NCBI RefSeq assembly: GCF_001194135.2
Contig: NC_068983.1
Location: forward strand, 105,882,808 to 105,932,358
Origin: Octopus bimaculoides
Lineage: Eukaryota
DNA length: 49,551 nt
Reading direction: 5' to 3'
Part shown: in pieces, positions 1-11,172 of the stretch
How positions within the stretch are numbered: position 1 is the stretch's first letter
Layout of the letters: each line of letters starts with the position of its first letter
Notes under the pieces: model-generated
Databases searched by the model: none
What the model saw: only the letters and a program-made list of their open reading frames with translations
What the model was told of the DNA's origin: nothing
Program-made: the position numbers and the translations under genes

Positions 1-20
1 GGTGCGTGTGTGTATATACA

Positions 21-111
21 TCTCTATATATAAAGATGATGCGTAGTCTAGACGGCGTTTTTAGATTTCATTATTCTCTTTAACCCGGGCAACGCCGGGT
101 ATTTCTGCTAG
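21..111 (+). mobile_element. Miniature non-autonomous Helitron-like element (91 bp)
   Basis: 5' TC terminus (A|TCTCTATATATAAAG), subterminal hairpin ACCCGG-gcaacg-CCGGGT (83-100), 3' CTAG (108-111). Sits between A20 and T112 with no TSD. Confidence 0.75.
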
Positions 112-163
112 TAAACTATAATTTCGTCTTGTTTGGCTTTGAATGTAATACATACGTTTGAGT

Positions 164-166
<3 letters not shown>

Positions 167-218
<52 letters not shown>
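167..218. repeat. (TG)n microsatellite, representative of many (TG/CA)n, (AT)n, (AG)n, (AGT)n and (CTAT)n tracts
   Basis: Read directly. Others include 1212-1248, 4615-4730, 6922-6954, 13037-13080, 24852-24897, 28036-28102, 33393-33437 and 49486-49551; most N-gaps adjoin such tracts. Confidence 0.95.
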
Positions 219-220
<2 letters not shown>

Positions 221-424
221 TAACGAATTGATAACATCCTACATGAGTGACTAAATTAGCTGGGTTGACTTGCCAGAAATATGATTAAACCTGTGATAAA
301 ACGGTATTAGCTTGCATTCTAAATGTGAAATAGGTAAAATATTTGTTAGAAACATTGTCTATATCATACTTACTCTTGTCTGAAAGCAATGAAAGGGAAT
401 CCATTTTCTATTTTGCGTTTAACC

Positions 425-940
425 TCAGACTGGAGATGCAAGTGGACTTGAGTGGCAGACATTTTCCCAGAGGAGATAGTGGCAACATTACTCCAACCAG
501 ACATGTTGCTGCTTTCCAGGAATACAAAGACAATCATCGTGGTTGATCTCACAGTGCTCTGGGAGGAGAGACTCGATATTTCCCACTAGGTAAAAAAAAT
601 AGAACTATCAGAACGTACTCGACGGAGCACTTGTCAAGGGCTGGTACGCAGCCTTGTTCCCGCGGCTTTCTATCTCGATCGGAGCGCTATTTCCTGCAGA
701 AGATAGGTCTGGAACCTAGACAACTGAAGAAAGCCATCAAGGAAATAGGCACAGTAGTTGAAACTAGCTTAAGATACCGCAAGCAGAATTCCTCTGTAGG
801 TGAAGACTAGTTCAGTCCTCGCTGCCCTATTCAAGTGAAGCGTATAGGTTCTATACTGGCCGTATGAGTCATAGATTAAATCGAAACGCCCGTGACCATG
901 AGATACCTGCTGACGATACGGAAGAATTTCCAGCAGTGCA
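425..940 (+). mobile_element. 3' fragment of an R2-group (REL endonuclease) non-LTR retrotransposon, HERO/NeSL-like, frameshifted
   Basis: Pieced across frames: DW..MQVDLSG..FPEEIVATLLQPDMLLLSRNTKTIIVVDLTVLWEERL..KGWYAALFP..RGFLSRSERYFLQKIGLEPRQLKKAIKEIG. This follows the RPD...ELTVPWE...GW...RGF pattern of restriction-like endonuclease domains. Confidence 0.75.
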
Positions 941-1209
941 ATGGATTTAGATAGCTTGCAAAACCTCTGAGAAGCTCCTGCAGTTTTTGCGAGTGGTAAA
1001 GCATTTCTGATGTTTATATTTCACCCACTCATGTGTACACATACACACACACACATTGGTAGAACAATATAGTTTAGATTTGAGATAAGTGGTACGAAAT
1101 AAAACGGAGGTTTTTATACGGTTCGATGAGTTTCAAACGCCTCAGATTAAATTTCATAATCACATACACATCTCTATAATTCGTAAAGTAACAGCACTCA
1201 GCCTTCAAC

Positions 1210-1251
<42 letters not shown>

Positions 1252-3746
1252 TGGTATGGGTTAACAAAACAAAGCCGATGATTTTTCAAGAGACAAATAG
1301 AGATGTTGGCCTCTCATCTGTAGTCTGTGAATTTATATTCAACTTAGAGCGTTGTACTCTCATATAAGGCACTAAGTAAATGCTACGTGGCAACAGAACA
1401 ACTAATGGGAGAAAATGGATTGTGATAGAACGTAGAACTAACAGAATTGAGAGGAGTAGTACCATGATGAGATAATAACGACCCATACAGACAGTATGAA
1501 ATCAAATCATATTAGGTAATCTGAAGAAAAGAAATTTTTTAATAGGAAAGGCTACTTAATAGCACAAACAATTTATTTTGTTCAGAAACGGAATGTAGAC
1601 TACACTGGTCGCAATGGTTAAAATTAAACTGGAGCTGTGATCAACGATTATGGCTGAAATAATTTGGATATCATTTCATATAATGAAGTCGTGATGTAAA
1701 GTTTAGCAATGAAAAACAGACTGAGTCATGGGGTGTACGAAAATAATGTTTCTCTGGTCATTTTAGCAGCAAGATATTTGATACAACTGCATAGCCATGC
1801 TAAACCATTCTGTTTCCATAGTTACACAAACCATAGTACTATTATTACATATAATTAAATATTTTACTCTTGCTTCGGTTTTAATAGATATTCCGATCAT
1901 AGGCGAAAGGAATGATTACAAATTGTAAACATGTAAGGGTTACATTCGCCTCTTTCTTTTTCGCCAGTGAAAAGCGTGATAATATTTTAAACTTACAAAC
2001 TGGATAACAATTGCTTAGATATTTTACATTTTCTATTCTGGTGCATCACTGTTATGAGTACAAATCCAGTTGATGTATATGTTGCCCATTACACCTATAA
2101 GTTCTAAATGATAATCGTCCCTAATATACTGGAGTGAGTCCTCCTCTACACAACTTAACGAAACAAGATTATTATATCTATGATACATTCTCTTTATTAG
2201 ACACGAGTAATCGTTCTGATGCTGAACTAGGTAAAGAAACAACAGTCCGAATTCCTGTTTTTTTCCAAGCTCATGTAAGATCCTTAAAAAAATGATCCCC
2301 TCTTCTTTCAAAACAGTTTTCCAAATTCTATTTTAAGGAGGTTAATTTATTAACTTAAGCTGTAAACTTAATCTATCGTTCAGCTTAAAGCCTGCATTGG
2401 ACCTCTGTCGCAAGCATTCAAGCTAGACTTTTGGCTCGAAAATAACTTTTGTCTCATCATCCTACAAATCTCAGCGGCGTTGAGAAGGGCCAAAAAACGT
2501 AGCCTTTACTCCTCTGACTAAGCCACAAAAAATTAGGGAGAAAGGGAGAACGTCCAATGGTCCAGATACTGTACATATATGCGCACGTGGCTTTTTATTC
2601 AATAAAACCTTTTCATCAACGCTCGATAATATTAATTATGTGTTGAAAGAAAAATATTTCATCTTTTATTGACATGACAATGCAGGATGTTATCGATTTT
2701 AACAATGCATATATTGAACATTGCAAATATAGATGTATGCAGTATTCTTGTTTGATTGTTAATATTTATGGGCGATCACATTAAATGAATGTAATGACCC
2801 TTTTCAATATCACCACGTCAACAGAATAATCTTTTATTACAGTGAACTTGATTTATGAATGATGTCGATGGAGATAAATTAGTTATAAAAAAGCTTGGGT
2901 TTTCGACATTAAACAATTCAGTTTAATCTCATCATTATGTATAAAATTATTTTAGGTAATTATGCAGAAAAGAGTGAAAATTGATACAAATGAAAACTGT
3001 TAGGAAAATATTTAATTTTCTGACATAAATGTTAGTAAATGTGAAAAGAATAACATCAAAGTGACTACTATTCCAGAAGGCATATTGTTTTGAGTTCAGC
3101 ATTACAAAAAAAGATTTACGTGGTTATATGACGTCATTGATTTGGTCATTTATGACATCATGAATTTGGCTAATTACGATGTCTTTTTAAAAATTTTTTT
3201 AGATAGTTCATTCCTTCTCCATCACGAGACAATATTTTGGCAATGTGTATATATTATGAAAAGGTTTATGATGCGAATGATTTCATTTAAGGCAAATGAT
3301 ATCTTACTGCTGAATAAACATAAAATGGGCTGGGAAGAAAAGGGTTAAATACAGATGAATCCAAATAGAAATATCTGAAGAAAAAAAATGTGATGACAAA
3401 GAAATGGTTCGAAAACAACTCTTAGTATCAGTCAAACTGAATTCCGAGAGAATGCAAGTCTAAAAGACTTTATACCTGTGACTTCAAAAGAGCTGTCCTG
3501 TAAAATAGAAATGTGGTTGAATGGTAATATTGTGGTTAATTGGAGTGTGAGGACAGCAGCAAGAGTTTAGTCGACTGCATAATGAGGGTAGTTCATTTTT
3601 CATTGAAAAATCAAATTCTCTTTTTGAAAGAGTGATAAAACATTTCAACACAAAGTCTGTGAGAAGTTTTTAAACCTCTTTATAGTAACCATTCTCTCAT
3701 TCTTTAATCATTCTTTCTTTCATTCTCTTTTCTTTTTCTCCCAAAT

Positions 3747-4187
3747 TTACAAAAGCAAACATTTCTTTTTCTTGTTATAGGCAAGTTCGTCGGTAGCTGG
3801 TACGAGCATAAAGCCACCACTAGAAATGCGGTCAACTTGCAGATCATGCATAACGCGGGCTATATCTTCAAACATGTCCAGAATACTCTTGTTATCGTGG
3901 CTGGAGACCTTGTAAACTCCAGATAAGACACCGTCGCATTCTTCTTTAAAGTTTTCCACGTCGGCTTCAGTGACAGCACTTTCTGTCTCGTCTCCACACA
4001 TATTGCCACACAAAAAGATCTTCGCACCTTCAGCGTTCATTACAACGTCCAATATATACTGTGAAAGAATGGTAAAGGTTTCTCGCTTCTCACAACTGTA
4101 ACACAAAAGAGCAGCGTCTGCTCCTCGATAGTAGCTGGAACCAATGAAGCTCATTCTTTCCATTCCGCCTGTATCCCAAAGAGTCAA
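3747..4187 (-). CDS. RabX6: Coding exon 2 (aa 61-206 plus stop) of the RabX6-type GTPase
   Basis: Phase-0 acceptor ttttctattacag|TTG at 4188/4187. Encodes LTLWDTGGMERMSFIGSSYYRGADAALLCY...KIFLCGNMCGD...VYKVSSH...NKKKKCLLL, stop TAA at 3749-3747. Joins exon 1 in frame exactly where the G domain requires (IK|LTLWDT). Confidence 0.92.
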   Translation of the reverse strand: MTLWDTGGMERMSFIGSSYYRGADAALLCYSCEKRETFTILSQYILDVVMNAEGAKIFLCGNMCGDETESAVTEADVENFKEECDGVLSGVYKVSSHDNKSILDMFEDIARVMHDLQVDRISSGGFMLVPATDELAYNKKKKCLLL

Positions 4188-4611
4188 CTGTAATAGAAAA
4201 AGAATATGAGAGGCATTTAAAAAATATATCCACGGGAACATAAATATAGAGACAAACCTGGTTTAGGTATTATTCATAGCGTCTAACACGATATTAAGAT
4301 CATACACAAAGATGGAATATTAGTTTTTGTAAAAAGAGAATGTAGACGCTTTAACAACCAATATTTTCGATTTAAATCCATTAGGAATTTTTCTAAATTC
4401 CGTTTGTTGTGAAGAAGAAAAATTAAACAAAAAAGCTTCATTCATAAAGTTGTCCGCATTCGAGCCAGGACGCCAGTTTGAGGATAATTTCCATTCTTCC
4501 TTTCATGGAGGTACTTAAAGAATCATGGTTGCTGCCCTTCTTCCTCCTCTGAAGCCATACAGTAATCTTAACCTGCATTGGCTATGCATTCGATGGCACC
4601 TAAAGCGCGCG

Positions 4612-4659
<48 letters not shown>

Positions 4660-5238
4660 NNNNNNNNNNNNNNNNNNNNNNNNNNNNNNNNNNNTGTGTA
4701 TGTGTGTGCGTGCGTGTGTGTGTGTGACTGTGTATGTAAATCGGGTGAAAATCCAAGCTGTATCCTCTTGAAGTACATCTGCTCATAACAGTATTCCAAA
4801 TCCTTATGTAGATGTTATATCTATGTGGTGTGTGTGTGTGTGGATATGCATAATTGTGTATATGTGTACACTACTTTATTCAATAACCCCCTTTCCCTTT
4901 TCTATATTACTAGATACGTTTTTCTCCCCTTTAACTGTCTGAAGGACTCCTGATTACTAAATATATATAAACGCTTCATCCAAGTGCAAAATGTTTACTA
5001 TTTGATTCTCTGCCTGAAGAATTTCTAATAGGAGATATCTTACATGTTTTCTACTACATGTACAATTTTTTAAACTCCTATTAGTAAATGAAACATATGC
5101 AATGGTGAATAAATAGTAGCAAAAATTTTCTAATCTCCTGTTATATANNNNNNNNNNNNNNNNNNNNNNNNNNNNNNNNNNNNNNNNNNNNNNNNNNNNN
5201 NNNNNNNNNNNNNNNNNNNNNNNNNNNNNNNNNNNNNN

Positions 5239-5284
<46 letters not shown>

Positions 5285-6161
5285 CCTCTGTGTGTATGTA
5301 TGTATAAAATCATTTCATAAACACGAAATAAGACATATTCAAATAAATGATCTTTAACGCGTAGTTAAAGTATGTAATGTACATGAGAAGAAGCAAATTG
5401 TTTTTAAACGAACCATAAATATAGAATTACATTCTTAAAACATAAAATATATAAAAAAACAAAACAAAACAAACAAACAAACCAAAAAACAAACGTATAG
5501 TAATATCTTTTAATACCTGTTTTTTTTTCTTTCAGTCCACCAATATTCAAACGTTAAAATGTTTTTTTTATCACACATACATAACATATATACATACGCG
5601 TGCGAGCGATAATATGCAAATTTAAATATAAATAAAGTAGCATGGATTTTAATATTGACACGGGGCAGTTTCCGTTAGCAGCACATTTGGTATGCTGTAC
5701 CATCACGACGAACAGACCCGTCGTCCCGCTACCCCCAGCTACTAGAAAATAATTGAAAATGTATAGGTGAAATTACTTATACATTACCCATAGTTGTTTA
5801 CGTTTACTGTATTCTTTTGGATAAATAAACTTGCTATCTTAGCATGTTGTATACGGAGCTAACATGCATTGTATCATTGTGTCAATATGTCGGCCATTTT
5901 CAAAATAATGGTAGCGTGTACTAAACTGGAAGAACACGATAGAGAGAATAAATATATTGGCACAAGATTCACATTTGTAAAGGAGAAATTGTTAAATGTC
6001 AAATTATAGAAGTGATCGAAGTTAGTGAGAAAAACTTCATTCGGTGTAGTTCTGATTGTGATGTGACACCTGAACAATTCCATCTTGATTTTTATTCAAC
6101 GGGAAGTCAGAATCGATCTATACCTCTTGTGTGCCGTAAGGAGAAAACGAACGAACAAAAG

Positions 6162-6192
<31 letters not shown>

Positions 6193-6220
6193 TGTGGACT
6201 ATGGCATTTCNNNNNNNNNN

Positions 6221-6256
<36 letters not shown>

Positions 6257-6359
6257 TGGACTATGGCATTTCAAGCAAGATCAGAGCTTCACTGGTTTTA
6301 TTGCATTTTTTCTTCTCTCTCTCTCTTTCTTTTGTTCGTTCGTTTTCTCCATACGGCTT

Positions 6360-6490
6360 AGTGGTTGATGTTAGGAAGGGCATCCAACCATGGAAACCAA
6401 GCTAAAACAGACTCCTGGCCTTGTCAGTTCCTCTCAAACTGTACAACCAATACCAGCGTGAAAAGCGGACGTTAAATATTGATGATGTCG
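6360..6490 (+). mobile_element. SINE 3' fragment with a GGAAGGGCATCC motif and (GAT)n tail
   Basis: gttaggaagggcatccaacc...aaaagcggacgttaaatattgatgatg resembles a SINE central domain plus a LINE-derived tail. Family assignment is from memory. Confidence 0.45.
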
Positions 6491-6519
6491 ATGGTAAAAG
6501 CTAAAGAAGTAGTAAGTAA

Positions 6520-6683
6520 ACAATTAGCTTCTTTCAGTTCCCGTCTACTAAATCCACTCACTAGGCTTTGTTCAGTCTGGGGTTATAGAAGAAGACGCTT
6601 GTCTAAGGTGCCACGCCGTGAGACTGAACCCGGAGCTATGTGGCTGAGAAGTAAATTTCTTACCAGACAGTCACGCCTGTGCC
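6520..6683 (-). mobile_element. tRNA-derived SINE, family B, 5' part
   Basis: Homologous to the head of the copies at 9143 and 16902 (gggttcagtc...gcaccttagacaagcgtcttc). Confidence 0.75.
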
Positions 6684-6921
6684 TATATATATATATATAT
6701 ATATTTGAAAATTCATACAATTCCAACATATGTCTAGGAAGGCAATGGAAAGAAGCGAACAAGATGAGGAAATAGAAATTAATTCTACCAGCCGCTCCCA
6801 ACTGGTTCTTTCTCGTTTTCTTGATAATATGAGGAATGTTAAGTAAATAAATAAAATAGCAGTTTTGTCTTAGTGCAATAAGCCCTAGCAATTTATGGAA
6901 GCTGGGATGGAAAGACGCTGC

Positions 6922-6955
<34 letters not shown>

Positions 6956-8777
6956 CCTGGTAGAAGTAGTTGTTAGTTGACGCCATTTTATAAAATCATT
7001 TTTTCTTAGCAACTGTTTATCTGTCTTTCAAAATGAACAAATTGATATAATAATAATCCGCTATTTCAAAACGCCCTTTTTACTACTTTAGCTTCTGCCA
7101 TCTTTTTTAGACACCACCAAAGGAATTCTACTCACTAGTTGTAATACATCATTCATTCTTTAAATACTTTCTATATTAAAAAAAAAAAGGCAAAAAACAT
7201 ATATGCACCTCCACCAAAAAACAAAAACACAAACTGAAAAACAAACAAAAACGTTAAAGTGGAGAGAATGAGAGAGTGAGTGAGGATGTTGTAGATAGCT
7301 AAGAAGGAGTCAAAAATTAAATTATGAATAAGATGAAACCACTTTTTTTCCTGATTTAAACTCTCTTATAAAACTACAGTGGCAATCTTATAAGCAGGCA
7401 AGCATCAATTTGAGGGGTGTTTGCTACATAAAACGAGAACGGGGTGAATGACGTGGTCCAGGAAGTCAGAGAAAAGGCTGGGAGGGGAGAATAATTTTCA
7501 AAATTATTTCTATATTTTTCTGAAACGGAGAACGCACTAACGAAAAGTAAGTTAGAGGGAAATGATGAAAGTATAGGGAATGGGGAGAGAGAGAGGGAGA
7601 GAGAGAGAGAGCGAGAGAGAAGGAGGGAAGGATAATAATGATGAGGTGGATAAAAGAAGTTTAATTTCCCGGAGTGGTTTTCATTTCATTTAAGGATAGT
7701 TTGAAACAATAGAAGCAGCCTCCCATTCTTTCCAGAACAGTATAAATGGTGCGCAGGGGTGATAGAGAAAAACTCAGGATGTATTTCCTTTTTATGTTTT
7801 CCCGCTGGATGTGTTGGGAACAGAAGGTTGGTGACAAATCATCACGCGCGCGCGCACGCACACACACACACACACACGTTTAGTTTGTAAGCTGTCAGGA
7901 GAGGAGTTTCTGACGTTTGGGACGAAAACCTACTACGAGAAGAGACACACAGAGGGAAGTTTTTCTTCATCCTAGTCCACCATTTTAATACACCTGGCCA
8001 CCCCATTAACCATTTCTCGGTATTCGACTTGTTCGTTCCCCAAGAGGTAACACAATCCAAGAAGCAAAAGAACAATGCACCACATTCGCTTCCAGAACAT
8101 TCTGTCCCTTACGTCTGAATGAAAGTTTCTCCTCCTCTCATTTCACCTGCCTTTATCTTTATGCTTCGGAAAGGTGTTTTGTGATATTTAGTTAGAATTC
8201 TTAATGTTTTGATTTCAAATCACGCTTGGGTTGAATTTGCTTTGCATTTTCTGGGATAAAATTGAGGGCTAAAGTTGGTAAAATTCTACTATAACTCCTC
8301 TTCTCCAAAACAAAAGATTGAGCCATTGTGCAAATACCAAAAATAATTCTTTCTTATTTTAGCACAATCCCAGCAATTTTGAGGGGAGGGGCAAGTCCAT
8401 TACATCGACCTCAAAATGATGACCATAGCAGTATGAGGTATACTAGTAATAATAATGATAATTATTTTAGTGGAGGGGCATAGGTGGCTGAACCTACAGA
8501 GAGATTGATAAAATGGCTACGGTGGATGGCAGAAACGATAGAAAGAGATACGGAAAAATTGGTGACGTTGCATGGAAGTACCTATGGAGTAGTCGTTCTC
8601 AATCGTTTTTTTTCCACGCTCCAATTCATAAAACACGGGTATCCCGCTATGAACGGACAAAGTATATACGTTGCGTAGATGCAAATATTAAAACATTTAA
8701 AGTCTCTAATGATATGATTAATTCCAGGTATCAAAAACTGCATCAGACGTTTAAGGCAACAAAATTCTTTAATGTTG

Positions 8778-8808
<31 letters not shown>

Positions 8809-9108
8809 NNNNNNNNNNNNNNNNNNNNNNNNNNNNNNNNNNNNNNNNNNNNNNNNNNNNNNNNNNNNNNNNNNNNNNNNNNNNNNNNNNNNNNNNNNNN
8901 NNNNNNNNNNNNNNNNNNNNNNNNNNNNNNNNNNNNNNNNNNNNNNNNNNNNNNNNNNNNNNNNNNNNNNNNNNNNNNNNNNNNNNNNNNNNNNNNNNNN
9001 NNNNNNNNNNNNNNNNNNNNNNNNNNNNNNNNNNNNNNNNNNNNNNNCAGCACTTACTCGGTATTACCTGTATCCTTTTGGGTTTGGTTAAATCCAATAC
9101 CCTCCTCA

Positions 9109-9142
<34 letters not shown>

Positions 9143-9148
<6 letters not shown>

Positions 9149-9535
9149 GGCGTGTCTGTGTTGTAAGAAGGTTGCTTTCCAACTACATGGCTCCGGGTTC
9201 AGTCCCACTGCGTGGCACCTTGGGTAAGTATCTTCTATTATAGCCTCGGGCCGATCAAATCCTTGGGAGTGGATTTGGTAGACGGAAACTGAAAGAAGCC
9301 TGTCGTGTGTATATATGTGCGTGTGTGTGTTTGTCCCCCCGCCATCGCTTGACAACCGATGCTGGTGTGTTTATGCCCCTGTAACTTAGCGGTTCGGCAA
9401 AAAAGACCGATAGAATAAATACTAGGCTTACAAAGAATAAGACCTGGGGGCGATTTCATCAACTAAACCCCTTTAAAGTGGTGCTCAGCATGGCTGCAGT
9501 CAAATGACTGAAACAATAATAATAAAAAAAAAGAA
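9143..9535 (+). mobile_element. tRNA-derived SINE, family B, near full length
   Basis: tRNA-like head with B-box GGTTCAGTCCC, CORE-like gcaccttgggtaag segment, internal (TG)n, and 3' tail cagcatggctgcagtcaaatgactgaaac plus an A-rich end. Confidence 0.85.
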
Positions 9536-10039
9536 AACATCAATAAAGTCGGTGCTCGCATACTTGTGTAGTAAAGGCAAGAAATTCTAACTAAAATTAG
9601 ACCCTTAGCGATGGCTACAATCAATATTTAAATGACTAGTATTGTCGATTAAAAAAAAAGAAAAAAAGAAGTCAGTCCTGAAAATTAAATTAAAATGGCA
9701 ATATGGATTCCATTACGAGGAGTGAATCTGATCTTCAACAATGCAGAGACAACTCTGGCCATATTTCTATCTTATTAGACCTAGACCTCATCAACGAAGC
9801 ATAATCTAACTGTAATCGCAAGATCAGAATGAAGATATAGGTTTACTGTGAATGAATACATAATGGCAAAAAAAAATAAGACTCACCCACCGACACACTG
9901 CATTTCACATTTAATTAAAATTAAAAGGTGTTTTCCATACCCCGCCTTTTTAAAAATAGACTTTGTCATTTAGATAATGGTTAATCCATTACTAAGGGTT
10001 AAATTCAATTAGAATTTATTCTTTTATAGTGTGTATATG

Positions 10040-10114
<75 letters not shown>

Positions 10115-10376
10115 CATAAATGTCACGATGTATGGATTCAAGAAGTAATCTAGTAGCATTCATAAAAAGCTCTTTAGTTTGTCATAGCAGAAACCATACA
10201 GAGAATATGGTAATACACACGAGAAAAGAAAAAAATGAATATAAAGATATAAGTGATGGAGAAAAATGATGAATTTATTTAACTTTTCGTATTTCGAATT
10301 AATGCAGAAAAGTGAGTAACTTGTTTATTGTTAAATACCATAATATAAACTATTTTACATGTTTTGGGCTACTGAA

Positions 10377-10763
10377 ACAAATTTGGGTGCTACTTTGGCG
10401 TGTGATCTACAACTTAAACGGTGATTACTTAGGGTTACCTTTTAGTTTACTTTCCAATTTCTAAAAACCTCTATGATGTTGGCTAAAGATTTTTTTACAA
10501 TAAATTCTTCTGTACATACTTAGCATTGTAAATGAGGTTTTTCAAAATTCTCATTAGTTTAATAATAATAAAGCCACGTTTCGTTTATGTCTTAGTAAAT
10601 AATGATAAGAAATTAAGAATAAACAATATGATAATTAAAATAAGCACATAGATCACGCAAGTTTGGCAGCGGCGAGTTTTGAAACGTAAAGAAACTGAAA
10701 ACTAACCTAAAGTAATCGCCCTTGAAGTTGCAGATTACACGCCAAAGTAGCACCCAAATTTGT
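10377..10763. mobile_element. MITE-like element with about 75-bp terminal inverted repeats
   Basis: acaaatttgggtgctactttggcgtgt... at 10377 is the reverse complement of ...acacgccaaagtagcacccaaatttgt ending at 10763. AT-rich non-coding interior. Confidence 0.7.
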
Positions 10764-10792
10764 GATTTTTCAATAGTGTGTTGTTAAATAAA

Positions 10793-11172
10793 GTGGAGGC
10801 GCAATGGCCCAGTGGTTAGAGCAGCGGACTCGCGGTTTCGATTTCCCGACCAGGCGTTGTGAGTGTTTATTGAGCGAAAACACCTGAAGCTCCACAAGGT
10901 TCCGGCAGGGGATGGTGGCGAACCCTGCTGTACTCTTTCACCATAACTTTCTCTCACTCTTACTTCCTGTTGCTGTTGTGCCTGTAATTCAAAGGGTCAA
11001 CCATATCACACTGTGTCACGCTGAATATCCCCGAGAACTACGTTAAGGGTACACGTGTCTGTGGAGTGCTCAGCCACTTGCACGTTAATTTCACGAGCAG
11101 GCTGTTCCGTTGATCGGATCAACTGGAACCCTCGACATCGTAAGCGACAGAGTGCCAACAACAACAACAACA
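10793..11172 (+). mobile_element. tRNA-derived SINE, family C, (AAC)n tail
   Basis: A-box TGGCCCAGTGG and B-box-like GGTTTCGATT. Flanked by an 11-bp TSD with one mismatch (TGTTAAATAAA / TGTTAATTAAA). Highly similar to the copies at 41482 and 44666. Confidence 0.9.

Noticed and set aside
880-925. GAAAC ... CTGACGA in the 3' UTR of the HERO-like fragment, suggesting a type II hammerhead
   Set aside because: The bases that should close stem II do not pair, there is no GUH at the stem III position, and there is no stem I.
4515-5313. ORFs rich in HT, VC, IY or RE repeats, here and throughout the ORF track
   Set aside because: They are translations of (CA)n, (TG)n, (AT)n and (AG)n microsatellites, often kept open only by N-gaps.
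6166-6272. Apparent direct duplication of (GA)n-TGTGGACTATGGCATTTC
   Set aside because: The two copies flank a 10-N gap, the typical signature of unmerged overlapping contig ends.
6921-6986. Minus-strand small ORF MASTNNYFYQD followed by ten Tyr, with a strong start context
   Set aside because: The poly-Tyr is an (AGT)n microsatellite; there is no other support.
8513-8782. ORF with GKIGDVAWKYLW, faintly like the Tx1/L1 C-terminal region; similar faint hints at about 46200-47500
   Set aside because: Too few motif residues to call by eye; it needs BLASTX.
10793-10870. tRNA-like sequences with A and B boxes (also at 9143, 33842, 44666 and elsewhere)
   Set aside because: They continue into SINE bodies and tails with TSDs and lack a complete cloverleaf and Pol III terminator, so they are SINE heads, not tRNA genes.
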